Assembly (NCBI GenBank): GCA_002269645.1
Contig: NIVC01000672.1
Span: 62,001 to 126,000, forward strand
Length of the DNA: 64,000 nt
Reading direction: 5' to 3'
From: Macrostomum lignano
Lineage: Eukaryota
The stretch's first letter is position 1, and each line of letters begins with the position of its first letter. This document shows, piece by piece, positions 24,286 through 38,264 of the stretch. The translations under genes and the position numbers were made by a program. The notes beneath the pieces were generated by a model, which had not been told where the DNA came from, ran no database searches, and saw only the letters and a list, made by a program, of their open reading frames with translations.

Positions 24286-25232
24286 TTCAGCAGGTAATCA
24301 ATTCAGCAGGTAATCAATTCAGCAGGTAATCAATTCGGCAGGTAATCAATTCAGCAGGTAATCAATTCAGCAGGTAATCAATTCAGCAGGTAATCAATTC
24401 AGCAGGTAATCAATTCAGCAGGTAATCAATTCAGCAGGTAATCAATTCAGCAGGTAATCAATTCAGCAGGTAATCAATTCAGCAGGTAGTCAATTCAGCA
24501 GGTAATCGATTCAGCAGGTAATCAATTCAGCAGGTAATCAATTCAGCAGGTAATCAATTCAGCAGGTAATCAATTCAGCAGGTAATCAATTCAGCAGGTA
24601 ATCAATTCAGCAGGTAATCAATTCAGCAGGTAATCAATTCAGCAGGTAATCAATTCAGCAGATAATCAATTCAGCAGGTAATCAATTCAGCAGGTAATCA
24701 ATTCAGCAGGTAGTCAATTCAGCAGGTAATCAATTCAGCAGGTAATCAATTCGGCAGGTAATCAATTCAGCAGGTAGTCAATTCAGCAGGTAATCAATTC
24801 AGCAGATAATCAATTCAGCAGGTAGTCAATTCAGCAGATAATCAATTCAGCAGGTAATCAATTCAGCAGGTAATCAATTCAGCAGGTAATCAATTCAGCA
24901 GGTAATCAATTCAGCAGGTAGTCAATTCAGCAGATAATCAATTCAGCAGGTAGTCAATTCAGCAGGTAGTCAATTCAGCAGATAATCAATTCAGCAGGTA
25001 GTCAATTCAGCAGATAATCAATTCAGCAGGTAGTCAATTCAGCAGGTAATCAATTCAGCAGATAATCAATTCAGCAGGTAATCAATTCAGCAGGTAATCA
25101 ATTCAGCAGGTAATCAATTCAGCAGGTAATCAATTCAGCAGGTAATCAATTCAGCAGGTAATCAATTCAGCAGGTAATCAATTCAGCAGGTAATCAATTC
25201 AGCAGGTAATCAATTCAGCAGGTAGTCAATTA
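24286..25232. repeat. 16-bp minisatellite (aattcagcaggtaatc)n, about 59 copies
   Basis: Direct reading; the paralogous array at 45706-45962 has only about 16 copies. Confidence 0.97.
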
Positions 25233-25856
25233 TTCAGTTACCTGGTCCTCTACTAGATTTTCTGATGGGCACTACGGAGAATTCCACCCAGCCAAGCCTA
25301 CCATTTTCAGATTTATGAACAAAAAAGACAATAATCGTTCCTTTTTCAATCTGGTCTGTGTGGCCACCATTTTGAGTGTGGTGGCCCCCAATTGGGTTGT
25401 TTGACCTTTTTTACTTGTGTCTCGATAATTTGGGCTCTCCTCACGCGTGGCGCACTAAGAGTTCCAGTTCATTTTCTAAATATAGCCTCGCTCGCGCCCT
25501 GATGGGTCCGTGCTAGTCATTTAGTTCCGTGTTCGTTTATTTGTCCTACTAGAAATTCGACAAAACGGACCTCCTGATATAATCAAGCTAGACAGCCAAA
25601 ACAGCCAAAATTTGCGTCAAGACTGGCAGCTCTCCTTTGTTCGTCCATTTCAGGGTACGAACTGATTCTGGATATGAAATCATACGCTTGTATATGAAGC
25701 ATGAATTTTAAATTAATAGACATAAATCAGACAAGCAATTAATTGCCAGTTGCTGCTAGAAATTAGAAATGCTTTTACATTGCAGGTGCTCTAGAAAGTG
25801 AATCTAGGAACTGAACTAAAAATTGAGTCGTACACGGTAAGAATATTAGCTGTAAA

Positions 25857-27145
25857 TCAGGCTCGATGTCGCTGCAGCTCCTGCACCTGCTGCTGGAGCT
25901 GCAGCACCTGTTGCTGCAGCTGCTCGACGCTCCTCGTCCGCTCGTCCAGTCCGCTCAGCAGAGTCCGCAGCTGCTCGACGCTCCTCGTCCGCTCGTCCAG
26001 TCCGCTCAGCAGAGTCCGCAGCTGCGAGACGCCTCCGAACCTGTCAGCCAGCTGCTCGAGCTCCATGGTGCTGTGAGCCCAGTTCGCCACGTTGACCTGC
26101 AGCTTCTTGAACTGCTCGAAGACGCTGCCGACTCGCCGCTTCACGTCGACCACATCGCGTCCATCGGTGGCTGTGGTGGCAGGAACTCCGGTACCGACAG
26201 AAGAATGCGGGACCGCGGATGCTAAAAGTTTAAAAAAATTAATTTAATATCCGAGAATACGTTCGTAGCCGCTTTTACTGCATAACCACTTTACTGGTTT
26301 AGAAAGCAAATCTTACCAGGACTCTGCTGAGCTATCGCTGTCTGCTTCAGTTTCGAGTCCATGAGCTCAAGGTGAGAGTCCATGCTTTCCTTGTAGTGCC
26401 TCTCCACATCGGACCTGCGCACCATCGCCCTGCAGCCCAGGTGAGAATACTTGCACTCTACCGGTCTCTCGGGACACTCCGACAGGTGAGCAACATATCC
26501 CCGCCTGTCCATCGGTGTGCTCCGCTCCGAGCAGTGAGGACAACGAGCTGAGAATCTCGGACAGCACACATCGGACTGCAGATTCCTGTGACTGGTCTCC
26601 ATCTCGCTGTGTGTGACCAGCTGAGAGCACAGGTCGCAGGTCTCCTTCCTGTGGCGACACTCGCTGCTGGTGTGTCGCTGCATGTCCTTCTTCAGGATGA
26701 GCTCTTTGCACTGCTCACAGCGGAGTGAGTGCCAGTCGCAGCTCTGTTGCACATGCTGGTCCATGCGAGCCCATTCGAGTTGGACAGAGCAGCCGGCGTC
26801 GCAGTTCGGACAGCGGACTCGCAGCTTGGCGACCTCGCGTCTCGTCGCCATGTCGGGAAAGCAGGTAGCATGGCTCACCTCGGTCTTGACCTCGCCGCCG
26901 CTGCCACCGCCGCCAACGTCCTCCTCCGAGTGGTGGTCTCTGAGTGTGCAGGCCTCGGTGTGTCCGGGACAGGGCCGCTTCTCCACCTCGTGCAGCAGGC
27001 CGGTGACGCAGGCCTGGCACAGGCGGCACCCGTGCGGAGTCTGTCGGGCGTTGAAGAGCGGCTTGGAGCAGCTGCTGCACTGCAGGTGGGCCGGCAGATC
27101 GGAGACTGGCCGGGCTCCCGACACACTCGAAGGCAGCTCGGACAT
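25857..27145 (-). CDS. TRAF-like copy 4: RING + ZF + coiled coil (exons 27145-26317, 26221-25857; 397 aa)
   Basis: Donor CCT G|GTAAGA; acceptor cttttag|CA; the coiled coil carries a 51-bp internal duplication (LRTLLSGLDERTRSVEQ twice); ends LQRHRA*. Confidence 0.88.
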
Positions 27146-29837
27146 TGCGGTTGAAGCAGTGAACTGCAAGTTCTTTCTATTCCTTGGTAAGTCCTATATA
27201 GCCATTTTCTAGTTAAGAGGGTTCGTTGCTTTACAGGGTTCTACCTGAACTCTTTAGAACTGCCTTTGCATTTCAACTGTACTGCTGCTCTTACTTCTGA
27301 ATAGGCTTTTTTCATAGCGCGTGCGTTGCTTCCCTGTTAAAGGCTGACTGTGCTGCTTCTATTTTTAGGCTTTATGATTTAAGGTCCTGGTTTACGATGG
27401 TATTGCTCAATTTTCGTTTTTCATTTTTTCCGTCTCATCAGTGACTACTTATGGCTATTTGCTTTAATCTATATCAGATACTCCAAGTCTGTAGACTTTA
27501 ACTATGATTCTTTCGTTTTTAAGAGTCAGAGTTTGTAATATTTATATCGTGAATATCATCTGTCCGGAACAAATTTGTGCATAAATTTGTAGACAAATGC
27601 TTCGGGTTGAAAGTTGATGCTCATTGTATGTTGCTCATGCACACTGAGCAGCTTGAGTAGTGCGATGCAGTTCTTGGCCTAGTACTCAACCTCTGTCAGT
27701 TCCTTTCGAGAGTGAGCATCTCTTGTAATTTCTATAAATAGCTCAACGATCTCGGCAATTTCTCTGAAAAGCTTAATGGTAAAACGTAGTCAATTCTATT
27801 TATGTATTCTAGTAACCTACTTTTAGTAGTGTATGAATTCCAGTAATAAAGTCTTGTCTGGGCAAAATTAAAGACAACGAATGAGGGCAAAGAATGAAGG
27901 CAACAGATGAAAAATTCTGCTTTGTTCGAATTTTTGTATTGTCAATTTCATAGTTTTACCCCTTTAACACTTAAATATTCCTGATACATAATAAAGAATT
28001 GCCTATGAATTTTTCAAGTTCTATTTACATAGGATTTATATAGGAGTGTAGAAGCATAAAAGATATTAAAATGTTATTTTTCTTATATCATTCACAATAC
28101 TCTTCAGTGATATTTCAATAATACACAATGAGCCTTGCAAACTTTATTTAGAATACTTGCCCAACTTCTATTTGAAAAACTGGGCTGCGCAGCCACAGCA
28201 CACTGCATGTTCAGTTCACTCTCTCTATCTACCTGTAGATGTAAAATCAAATACTCATAATGCACTACTGTACAGCTCAGGGTCCTGTGTACTCATCTCT
28301 ATGTGAGGGAATGCTCTCAACTATACTATACCAGCTGTATGCAAAAATGTCATACGCTCGTAGATTGTAGCTGATCATGTTTTAAGCAGATTTACAAGTG
28401 TGTGCAAGTTTTTCTCTTGCACAAGTGTACATTTCCATCACTGTAGCTAATGTTGCGTATTGCTATGACTGCTGCAAAGTATAGACTTTTACTTCGGAAA
28501 TAGTCTATGGTTTATGCGACGCGATACGGTACTCTCCCTTTGTTTGCTAAGCTTCGAATCTTTTCATTTAGGAGCACAAGCCCCTAGGAGCGCGCTGCCG
28601 CTAAAATATAGCTTAATTTCAAACTACCATAATTCATTGACTTGGCGTTTTTCAAACAACACAGCTAATAGTGTACTTGCAGCACCGCAGTACATTTAAT
28701 TTTAGACATACATAAATAGGAGAACTTTGGAGTCTTTGCAACTTCCCCAGGAGTTGTGTTTGATGTTTCCAAAAATAGATCACACGCCGTGATACAAATA
28801 GCACACGGCTCGATCCAGGTTGTTTTGTAGGCAGTGCACCAAGCAGAATGCATTTTAGCTTGAATCTGGCGCGCTCCTAAATACTGTATACTTAGTGATC
28901 TAGAACAAAGGCTACCACGCTCTTTACTGCAGCTTCATGGTGACTGTGAGACATAGTCCACAGTCGGGGAGGAATTCTTATTACGTTGGTAGAAACACAG
29001 AATGTAGAAACTATAGACAGTCAAAAAACTTGATTTTCTATAGCCATACCAGCATGATAGCAATACACCGATGCGGGTAGTACATGCTGTTTTGTGTCTG
29101 CTCATAGGAGTGACGCCGCAATCTCATTTGGCTAAGGAGAAGTACCTTGGTTTCGAAAATGTACTACCCCTAAGCCAGGGACAACTTAAACTACCGGGAC
29201 GCGAAACAAGCCAAATCATGGCGAAAAAAGTTGAGGGCTCGTTTGTTTGTCTATGGCTGTGCAAAATTTAATGTGTTTTGCTTTGTGATACGCGCCTTCT
29301 TCGTTCTAGTACGTCTAGTAAGTAAGTCGACTGCTAAGGGGCTTCTATTATTTTTAACAAGCTCTAAGAATCATGCGCCTGTAGTTAAGAGACAAAGCCA
29401 TGCCACGAAAGTGCAGCATCTGGGGATGCAGATCAAACTACAATTCTGAAACTAAACGAACAAGATGCGCTGCTATTGACGAAAATGAATTGTTTAACTT
29501 GTCCCTGCCCTAAGCATAAATTTTTATATTTTTAATAGATAAAATTATTCAGAACTAAAAAGTCTAAACTTTCAGAAAACTTCAAGAGAAGAGACCAAAC
29601 AGATTGAGTAATAATTGAGTAATAAACCAGTACCTTATATAAAGCCTAAAAATAGAAGCAGTATGAGCAGCCCTTAACAAGGAAGCAACGCACGCGCTAT
29701 AAAAAGCCCTATTTCAACTGCAGTGCATAGGGAGTTCAGGTAGAACCCTGTAAAGCAACTGACCCTCTAAACTAGAAAATGGCTATATAGGACTTAACAA
29801 GGAATAGAAGAACTTGCAGTTCACTGCTTCAACCGCC

Positions 29838-32800
29838 ATGTCCGAGCTGCCTTCGAGTGTGTCGGCAGCCCGGCCAGTCTCCACTGTGCCGGCTCACCTG
29901 CAGTGCAGCAGCTGCTCCAAGCCGCTCTTCAACGCCCGACAGACTCCGCACGGGTGCCGCCTGTGCCAGGCCTGCGTCACCGGCCTGCTGCACGAGGTGG
30001 AGAAGCGGCCCTGTCCCGGACACACCGAGGCCTGTACACTCAGAGACCACCACTCGGAGGAGGACGCTAGCGGCCAGGTCGAGGTCGAGGTGAGCCAGGC
30101 TACCTGCTTTACCGACATGGCGACGAGACGCGAGGTCGCCAAGCTGCGAGTCCGCTGTCCGAACTGCGACGCCGGCTGCTCTGTCCAACTCGAATGGGCT
30201 CGCATGGACCAGCATGTGCAACAGAGCTGCGACTGGCACTCACTCCGCTGTGAGCAGTGCAAAGAGCTCATCCTGAAGAAGGACATGCAGCGACACACCA
30301 GCAGCGAGTGTCGCCACAGGAAGGAGACCTGCGACCTGTGCTCTCAGCTAGTCACACACAGCGAGATGGAGACCAGTCACAGGAATCTGCAGTCCGATGT
30401 GTGCTGTCCGAGATTCTCAGCTCGCTGTCCTCACTGCTCGGAGCGGAGCACACCGATGGACAGGCGGGGATATGTTGCTCACCTGTCGGAGTGTCCCGAG
30501 AGACCGGTAGAGTGCAAGTACTCTCACCTGGGCTGCAGGGCGATGGTGCGCAGGTCCGATCTGGAGAGGCACTACAGGGAAAGCATGGACTCTCACCTTG
30601 AGCTCATGGACTCGAAACTGAAGCAGACAGCGATATCTCATTCGAATTCCGGTATGTCAGTATTGTGTCGGGTTAATGGATTTTTTTGTTGAGACAAATT
30701 TTATGCACTGCTACTCCAAAAATTTTATTTTTTGGTCAGCTGTTTTCAGTGGCCGACGGCAGTTTATGGACGCTCCTGTGGGCGACCGAAGCCGACACGA
30801 CGCACAGCTGGCCTCCGTGCCGCGAGACCCCGGCCAAGATCCGGTAGAATCGCCTGTGAGCTCTGAATCGTTCCTTCACAGGCCGCATGCGTTGGGTGGA
30901 GCTCTGCAGTTGCAGAATGTGAGCTGCTTTGCGATTTTTTAACTCATTTGCATCTTTATTCATTTAGACGAAAGTCCTGTCACTGAGCCCATTCCACATT
31001 TTTAGCCAATTTGCAACTCCATCGCTGCCGACTCGCCTGTCCGAATGCTGGGCAGGCCGAAACAGCTGCTGTCCGAGCTGGTGTTCAGTCGGGGCCATGC
31101 TGGCCGAGTCACGTCTGCCTGCTCTCTAGACGGGCGGCAGATTTTTGTTTCGGGAGGCGCGGACGGAATCGCGGTGCTATGGCAGATCGACTCAATGCGT
31201 CTCCAGAATCGTGTCCGGGCCCCTGCGAGTTGGGGTTCAATCACCTGCCTGGTGTCTCCGGCATCTGACATTCTGTTGGCCGGCTGGGAGAATCTGAATG
31301 GACTCGTGCGACTCCGGTGCCCGGAGGGGTACCTGTGCGACACTGATGCTGAGCTGGAGCACCTCTTGAGCGCTGGACAGGCGGACCTGCTTCAAGGCAA
31401 CTCACCTGTGGCGGCCATGTGCACAGTTCCCGAATCTGCTGAGGTCATTGTCGCCCTCACCAACAGAAGCCTCGCACTGGTGCCAGCCGAAGGAGGTCTT
31501 CAGCCGCTGGTTGGGCTCACCGGTTTCGACCCTCTGGCTGGCCCGCCGATGTTTTTGCGGATTCTCGAGCCCGGGTGGCTGCTGGCCCGCCAGCTCAGTA
31601 GCCCTGTGCTCCGCTCCGCTCAGCTGCACACGGCTCAGGACGGCAGGATGGCTGTCAGCGGCTGGCGAACCTTCCAGTGCTTCGACGGGACGGCGACCGA
31701 TGATCCTCCAGTGATTCAGGCGTGCGCTGCAGGCTGCGGTCCCGGGGTTGCCATTGTGGCGTTTCGGTGCCAAAGTCGCAATCGGATCGCCATCGTTAAA
31801 CTCGGCCCCGATGCCAAAATTCATCCCGTCTTGACGGATTTTATGGTGAATCGTGTCTGTTTAATATCTGATGTCTGAATTTCTAACCTAAAATTATTGT
31901 TTCAAGTTGCTGCAGGCTAAAGTTCAATTCTGAAACTGGGGATGTCTTCCATTTCTCCCCAAATTCACCCAGAATTTCCTCAAGATTTCACCCCGATCTC
32001 ACCCCGATCTCATCACGATCTTACCCTGATCTCACTCCGATCTCACACCGATCTCACCCCGATCTCAACACGATCTCAACCCGATCTCAGCCCGATCTCA
32101 CTAATATCTCATCCCGATCTCACTACGATCTCACTACGATCTCACCCGATCTCACCCCGATCTCAACACGATCTCACCCCGATCTCAGCCTGATCTCACT
32201 AAGATCTCATCCCGATCTCACTACGATCTCACTACGATCCCACTACGATCTCACCCGATCTCACTCCGATCTCACCCGATATCACCCGATCTCACCCCGA
32301 TCTCAACCCGATCTCACCCCGATCTCACACCGATCTCACACCGATCTCACACCGATCTCACACCGATCCCACACCGATCTCACCCCGATCTCACCTAGAT
32401 CTCACTCCGATCTCATTCCGGTTTCAACCCGATCTCACCCAGATTTTTCGATCAAAACACCTGGAAGCATTTGTTTCCCTTTCCGCAGTGCCACACCCGG
32501 CCGATTCGAGTCATCAGCCTGCTGACGAGCGACCTCACGGGCGCCCTGCCGCTCCTGGCCACGGCCTCTGCTCAAGGGAAAGTCAGCATTTGGCGCATGC
32601 AGAGCGGGACAAATCGGCTGGCTGAGGTCAGGCATCGTGCAGTGATTTTTCATTTCGCTTCTAATCAAACTTCTCGCCAATTTCTAACCCGCCCCTGCCA
32701 CTCAGGTTTCTCACTTCGAGCACGGCCACGAGGTTACCACCCTGGGGCTGCACCTCACAGCCACCGACCGGCCTCTGCTGCTTGTCGGGGATGCTGGCGG

Positions 32801-32864
32801 GAACACCTTCTCTCTGGAGCTTCCTTGGCTTGATGCGAACGCATTTCATCAGACTGCATTTTGA
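29838..32864 (+). CDS. TRAF-like copy 5: RING + ZF + WD40-like (exons 29838-30651, 30740-30918, 31006-31845, 32489-32626, 32706-32864; 709 aa)
   Basis: Same splice sites as copy 3 (exons 2-3 offset by 14184 bp); open joined frame. Confidence 0.85.
31985..32440. repeat. (ctcaccccgat)n-type intronic minisatellite, more degenerate copy
   Basis: Lies in intron 3 of copy 5. Confidence 0.9.
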
Positions 32865-33101
32865 TGCTTTATGGAAATTTATTTTAAAGGATTTTCCTTT
32901 TTTGTCGATTTCACGAGACTGGTCCTTGTGGGGTGATGCGGCTTTTTACATGTGACGGTGGACTTTTCTTTGTGCCACCCCATTTTTGATAAGTCTATAA
33001 ATAGACCTGGTGCGCGCCAGAGGGCGATACTTGTTTTTGTCTTTGTTGCGGCTCAGTTAGGAGCCTTTGGACAATCATCTCATTCTTACTTATTTACAAG
33101 A

Positions 33102-34140
33102 ATGCAACATGGTGGCAGCGGTGCGGGCTCGAAGCACCCGTACAACCTGTGTTCCCAAGACGGGGCGCTCGGAGAAGGCTCCGAAGACAATGCTGAAGAA
33201 GCCAGCGGAATCCAAGATTCAGCTACGCTGGAGGGCGCGAATCTGATGGAGACAATGAAGATGCTCCTGACGCACCAGAGTCAGCAGCTACAAGAAATGA
33301 CTCGCGCGCAAGAAAGACAGTCAGCATTCTACCTGGAGCAACTGGCTCGTCAGCAAGCGGAGTTCACGAAGCTCCTGGCCGAGTCCAAGCCACGACCACA
33401 AGCAGTGGAGCCCAAGCTGTTTAAGCTGACGGACTCTGATGACATCGAGGCATTCCTGATGACCTTTGAAAGGGCAGCGGCATCGTGTGGATGGCAAAAG
33501 TCAGAGTGGACGATTCGGCTGGCACCGCTACTGACGGGCGTCGCGCAGAGCGCATTCCACAGTCTGACGACAGCGGCGAGCGCGGACTACGACTTGGCAA
33601 AGGCGACTATCTTAGCGAGATACAACATCGGCGAGGAGACCTACCGACAGCGATTTCGGTCTTTGCGGAAGGCGCCTGAAGAGACCTTCCAGGTGTTCGC
33701 GACAAAGCTGGAAGACCTGTTTGTCCGATGGATGACAGCTGGGCTGGACGAGGATCAGAGAGAGGAACTGATAAGTGGCGACTCCATCGTCAGGCAGAAA
33801 GTGCTTCTGGAGCAGTTTACGGACTCTCTGACAAAATGACTCCAGGTGTGGATGCGAGAGAGAAAACCGAAGGACATCAAAGAGGCTGCGAAACTGGCCG
33901 ATGCCTACGCAATGGCAAGAAACAGCGACAAGGGCGGCGGAACACCAGGACACCCGAGCCAAGAGACCGCTGGGGGGGCGACGGCGTCCAATGCTATGGA
34001 CAAACAAAGGACGATTCAGAGACCGCAAAGCCTAAAGCCTAAGATTAGCTGCTTCAACTACGGAGGCCCCCACAAGAAGTTTCAGTGTACCAACAAGCCC
34101 GCCAATGTCCACTTGGCCTCAGAGGAAAGAGCTATGGATG
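33102..34140 (+). pseudogene. gag: gag (SCAN-like capsid region, degenerate zinc knuckle CFNYGGPHKKFQC)
   Basis: DDIEAFLMTFER...W...LAPLLTG.AQ.AF...YRQRFR...LLEQF; in-frame TGA at 33837-33839, then LQVWMRERKPK. Confidence 0.8.
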
Positions 34141-35663
34141 CTGCTTCGGGCAGGTTCATCACCGGACATGCGGATGGCAAAGAACTGCGGTTCCTGATGG
34201 ATACTGGAGCTGATCGAACTACGATTCGGCGTAGCTGTCTGTCTGAAAACATTAATTGGACAGGACATCATGCACTATTGCGTTGTTTTGGCGGCGACCT
34301 ACACCGTCTTCCAATCGCTAAAGTGGAGCTGCACCTAAAGGGCTACAATAGAACCACTGAGGTTTGTGTGGCTGACTCACTACCCGTAAGCGCGCTGGTT
34401 GGACTGGATTTGATTAGCCAGCTCAAGTTGGAGGGTGGAGACGCCCCGAGTACAGTGCTTGGAAGAGAGACGCGCGAGGGGGTTCACGGCCAACCCCTCT
34501 TAGCCAATGAGAGAGAAGGGGTGGGTGCGCCGCACCGCCCAATGCCCCAGTCAGAGGGGGACGAGAGGCTCTTCGCGGAGGGCATCGTGGCTAGCGGCCT
34601 TAACCAGATCGATCCGGAGCCGGCTGGCAAAACAAAATCAAGAATAACTAGAGCCCAAGCGCGTAAACAACGGCAAGAGTACAACAAAACGAGACAAGAA
34701 ACTGCAATGCGCCCTATTACATTGGATTACGAGGCGGCCCTACAAGACGACAAGGAGTTGCAAGCAGCGGTACAAACCAACGACTTGGTGAAGGAAAGCC
34801 GCGGCCGACTGTTTCGGCATCAAGCAGCTGGAGAGGACCAACTGGTGCTTCCGAAGGCTCTGCGTGCTACGGCGCTGTCCCAGGCCCACGAGAGTGCATT
34901 CGCTGGCCACTTGGGAACAAGGAAGACTTGTCAACGACTGGAACAGCGATTCTGGTGGCAAACGATGACAAAGGACGTGAAGGACTTCGTAGCAACGTGC
35001 GACAAGTGTCAGAAGACGGCTCGAGTCCCAGGCAATCACAAGGTACCACTAGTCCAAGTGCCTGAAGTGCCTGGAGGCCTTCACCAAAGTTATCATCGAT
35101 ATCAGTGGACCGTATACGAGGACTGCGAGTGGTAACCAGTACATCCTGTCGATTATCGATGCGGCTACTCGATTCCCCGAAGGAGTCCCGCTGCGAAAGA
35201 TCGATGCTGAGTCTGTAGCGAAGGCATTGGTGGACTGCTTCGTGAGGACCGGATTCCCGAGGGAGATCCAGAGCGATAAGGGTACTAACTTTTCATCAGC
35301 ACTGCTGCAGGCCCTGGGGCTTGTGCTATAAACCACTCTTGACTCCTAATTCTTCAAGAGCATCCTAGCTCCTTGCTCCTAGTCAGTTTTTCTGTTCAAT
35401 AAACACTAGGAGTCCTAGCTAGGAGTAAGGAGACTCTTAATCAGCCAAGGAGTCTCCTAAATGAACTTAGGAGTGCTAATTAAAGTATGTAGTGTTCAAT
35501 AAACCTAGGAGTTTTTGCAAGGAGTAAGGAGTGTTTTTAGAACAGCTAGGAGCCATTTCTAGGCGTGCACGTTCAATAAACAAGTAAGAAATTGCTCCGC
35601 CCTCCTTACTCCTAGTCAAGAGTTCAAGGGCCGAATTTGATGCACAGAGTTCCTAGGAGTATA

Positions 35664-36851
35664 ATGCTTTCTGACTCAGATTCTGACTTCGAACGCGAAG
35701 TTCGTCGACCCAGACGCTTCAAGGAACGAATAAACTTCTTTGAGGGCGATTTGGAAACGCAATCTCGCTTTAGGCTAACAGAGCAGCAGCTTTCTCATCT
35801 CACTGAAAGAATTCGGCATCTTATTGAACATCCTTCTCGTCGGAACCATGCATTGACACCCGAGCAGCAAGTCAGGCTATCAATTCGTTTCCTAGCTACC
35901 GGAACGGACTACAAAGTAGTTGGTGATGCTCATGGCGTCTCAAAGAGTACTGTGTTTAACACAGTTCATCGATTTGTCACGGCGGTAAATGACACTATAT
36001 ACTTTGATGTCGTTAAATTTCCTACCGACTTTCAAGCAGTTGTTGAGGGATTTCAAGCCAGAGGTGAGTGTAAAACGATGTCTATAAATAGGAATACTTT
36101 AAAGTACGCTCGTAGTAGTATTTTGTACGGCTATACGTGAGTCTTGATTTATTGTCGTTCTATTCAGTTGTCTATAACAAAAACTTGACAGCCAACTTCC
36201 CGTGCGTGATCGGCTGTGTGGACGGAACGCACATTGAGATTTTTCGACCAGCGATAAATGAAGAGCAATATGTCAACCGCCATGCTTGTCTGTGGCCCTG
36301 ATTACAAAATCTACTTCGCGACTGCTAGATGGCCGGGTGCGGTAAGCGATGCCAGAGTTTTTCGCAATTCGCACGTCGCCCAGCGTCTAAGAAGCGGATG
36401 GCGTCCTGTTCCTGGCGGCCTTCTTTTGGCAGACTCCGGCTACTGGAACGACGACTACCTCATTACACCGCTGTTGAATCCACAGAGTGATCAGGAGCGC
36501 CGTTTCAATGAGGCCCACAAGGCCACAAGAAGCATCGTAGAATGCACCATCGGCATTCTTAAGCAGCGATTGCGTTGTCTACTGCGTCCACTGCAGGTTC
36601 GACCAATTTTCGCTGCAAATATTTTTCGGTGCTGTGTCGTGCTGCACAACCTGGCGCTTCAAAATAGGCAGCCGTACCTTGAACTCGAAGCTCCTGCACA
36701 ACTGCTGGACACAATGGACGACGACCAGGATGGCATTGTGGTTGACAACAATAACCGACGAAACCAAATCGTGCAACTTTTCAACTTTCCTTTGTTTGCT
36801 GTTTTAGATGTAGAAAATTTTCTTATACGAGCGTACTTCAAACTTCAATGA
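35664..36851 (+). pseudogene. Harbinger DDE transposase (exons 35664-36063 and 36192 onward), frameshifted at about 36278
   Basis: FPCVIGCVDGTHI, RWPGAVSDARVF, LADSGY, FNEAHKATRSIVECTIGILKQR. The YVNR-to-AMLVC segment is deleted with a frame change. Confidence 0.85.
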
Positions 36852-37297
36852 TGAAAACTAAATTCCTCTAAATTAGACAAACTTAGTTCGTTTGACATTA
36901 GACAAGCATGCAACAAAGCGCAACAAAGCCTTTCTACAGAAGCATATTCGAATTTATTCATCCATGAAATATATTTTTGAGCACCAACAAACCTATTCCA
37001 TCTTCATTGACTGCTTGGCCGATGGGCAGGCTAACTCACAGGATAAGGCTATAATTGGTTCCATAAATGCGCGTCAATCACTCGGTTGACTGCTTTTCAT
37101 TGAACAATACCATGTATTTACTCGGTAAAGAGAAAAAAGTATGCAAGGAACACCAGCTAAACGTAAATGTTAAACATGCGTTTGTAGGATGAGATGCGCT
37201 TGTATCCCTCGACACACACAGTACATATCAAACTGTTCTCAGCAATGCCTGTTTAGATTTTCATTCTGTTTCATTTCATAGTAGACTAAAAAGTCTA

Positions 37298-38264
37298 CTA
37301 CTTCGATTGCATGTTCCAACTGTCATATGCAAACAAACTGGCTGCTAGCTGTTCGGGGTCATCGTTGGGAGTCGGCAATTGCACTGCAGATTGCAATTTT
37401 CTTCTCAGTTTTTCGTTCTTCAGCTCCAAGTTCTGGCAGCGCAGCTCCGCTTCACGAATGTCCAAGCGCAGTCTTGTAACTTTTAGCTGGCGAAACTCCT
37501 CGTCGTAGTCATCTCGGGAAGTCTGCTGTCGCTTACAACCAATCCGAGATGTACTCGTAACTGTCTTCGCAGTTGGTCGCTCGGAAATTTCACTTTGCGA
37601 CGCATTAGCAGTCATTTCCGTTGAGACGGCCTTACCGCTGAGCTGTTGCTTCTGCCAAGTCTGTTCCTCGACACTCTCCGGCACATCCAGACCTTCAACG
37701 GTTGGCGAATCGCGGCCAATAGTGTCTAGTACAACGGCTTCCAACTCCGTCCACTTGGCTGCTGATGTACCCTCGGCGCCAGTTTGTTGGAATTTGTCCC
37801 TTTTTGCCTAGAAATGAAAAACAGTATTAGTATTTAAAGAGATTTAGTATATTGTGATTATTCTGAACCACCGTGACGAGTAGGTATGAGGCATGGAGAG
37901 CCACGCCATTATTTCCTCCATAGTCTGCGCTTCTAAGTTATTTAATTAAATCTACAGTTATGGCTTTAGATAGTGCGTTACTAATTTTCATAACAATTTA
38001 TATTCGTCAACAATAAGCATTGTGTACTAACAGACTCACCAAGACACTGCTCTTCAGATTTCCCCACACCTTGTCTCGGACATACTTCCAGTCCTTCTTC
38101 GGAGGCGTCGGATCAAAGCCGTGTTGCTGTCGGCATGCTTCAATCGCAGCCTTCCATGCCTCAATTTTCACTTGTTTCGTTAATATGCTTGAAAACGAAC
38201 CAAACAAGACGTCTTTGCGCGTGAAGACTTCCCTAACAAATAAAACTTTCTGTGATGGCTGCAT
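37298..38264 (-). CDS. Harbinger Myb/SANT-like DNA-binding protein (exons 38264-38040, 37807-37298; about 244 aa)
   Basis: KDVLFG...KIEAWKA...KKDWKYVRDKVWGNLK; phase-0 TTG|GTGAGT and tttctag|GCA join in frame; intact. Confidence 0.8.

Noticed and set aside
33837-33839. Programmed gag-pol stop-codon readthrough
   Set aside because: The TGA lies inside the capsid/SCAN-like region upstream of the zinc knuckle; a CGA-to-TGA nonsense change is more likely.
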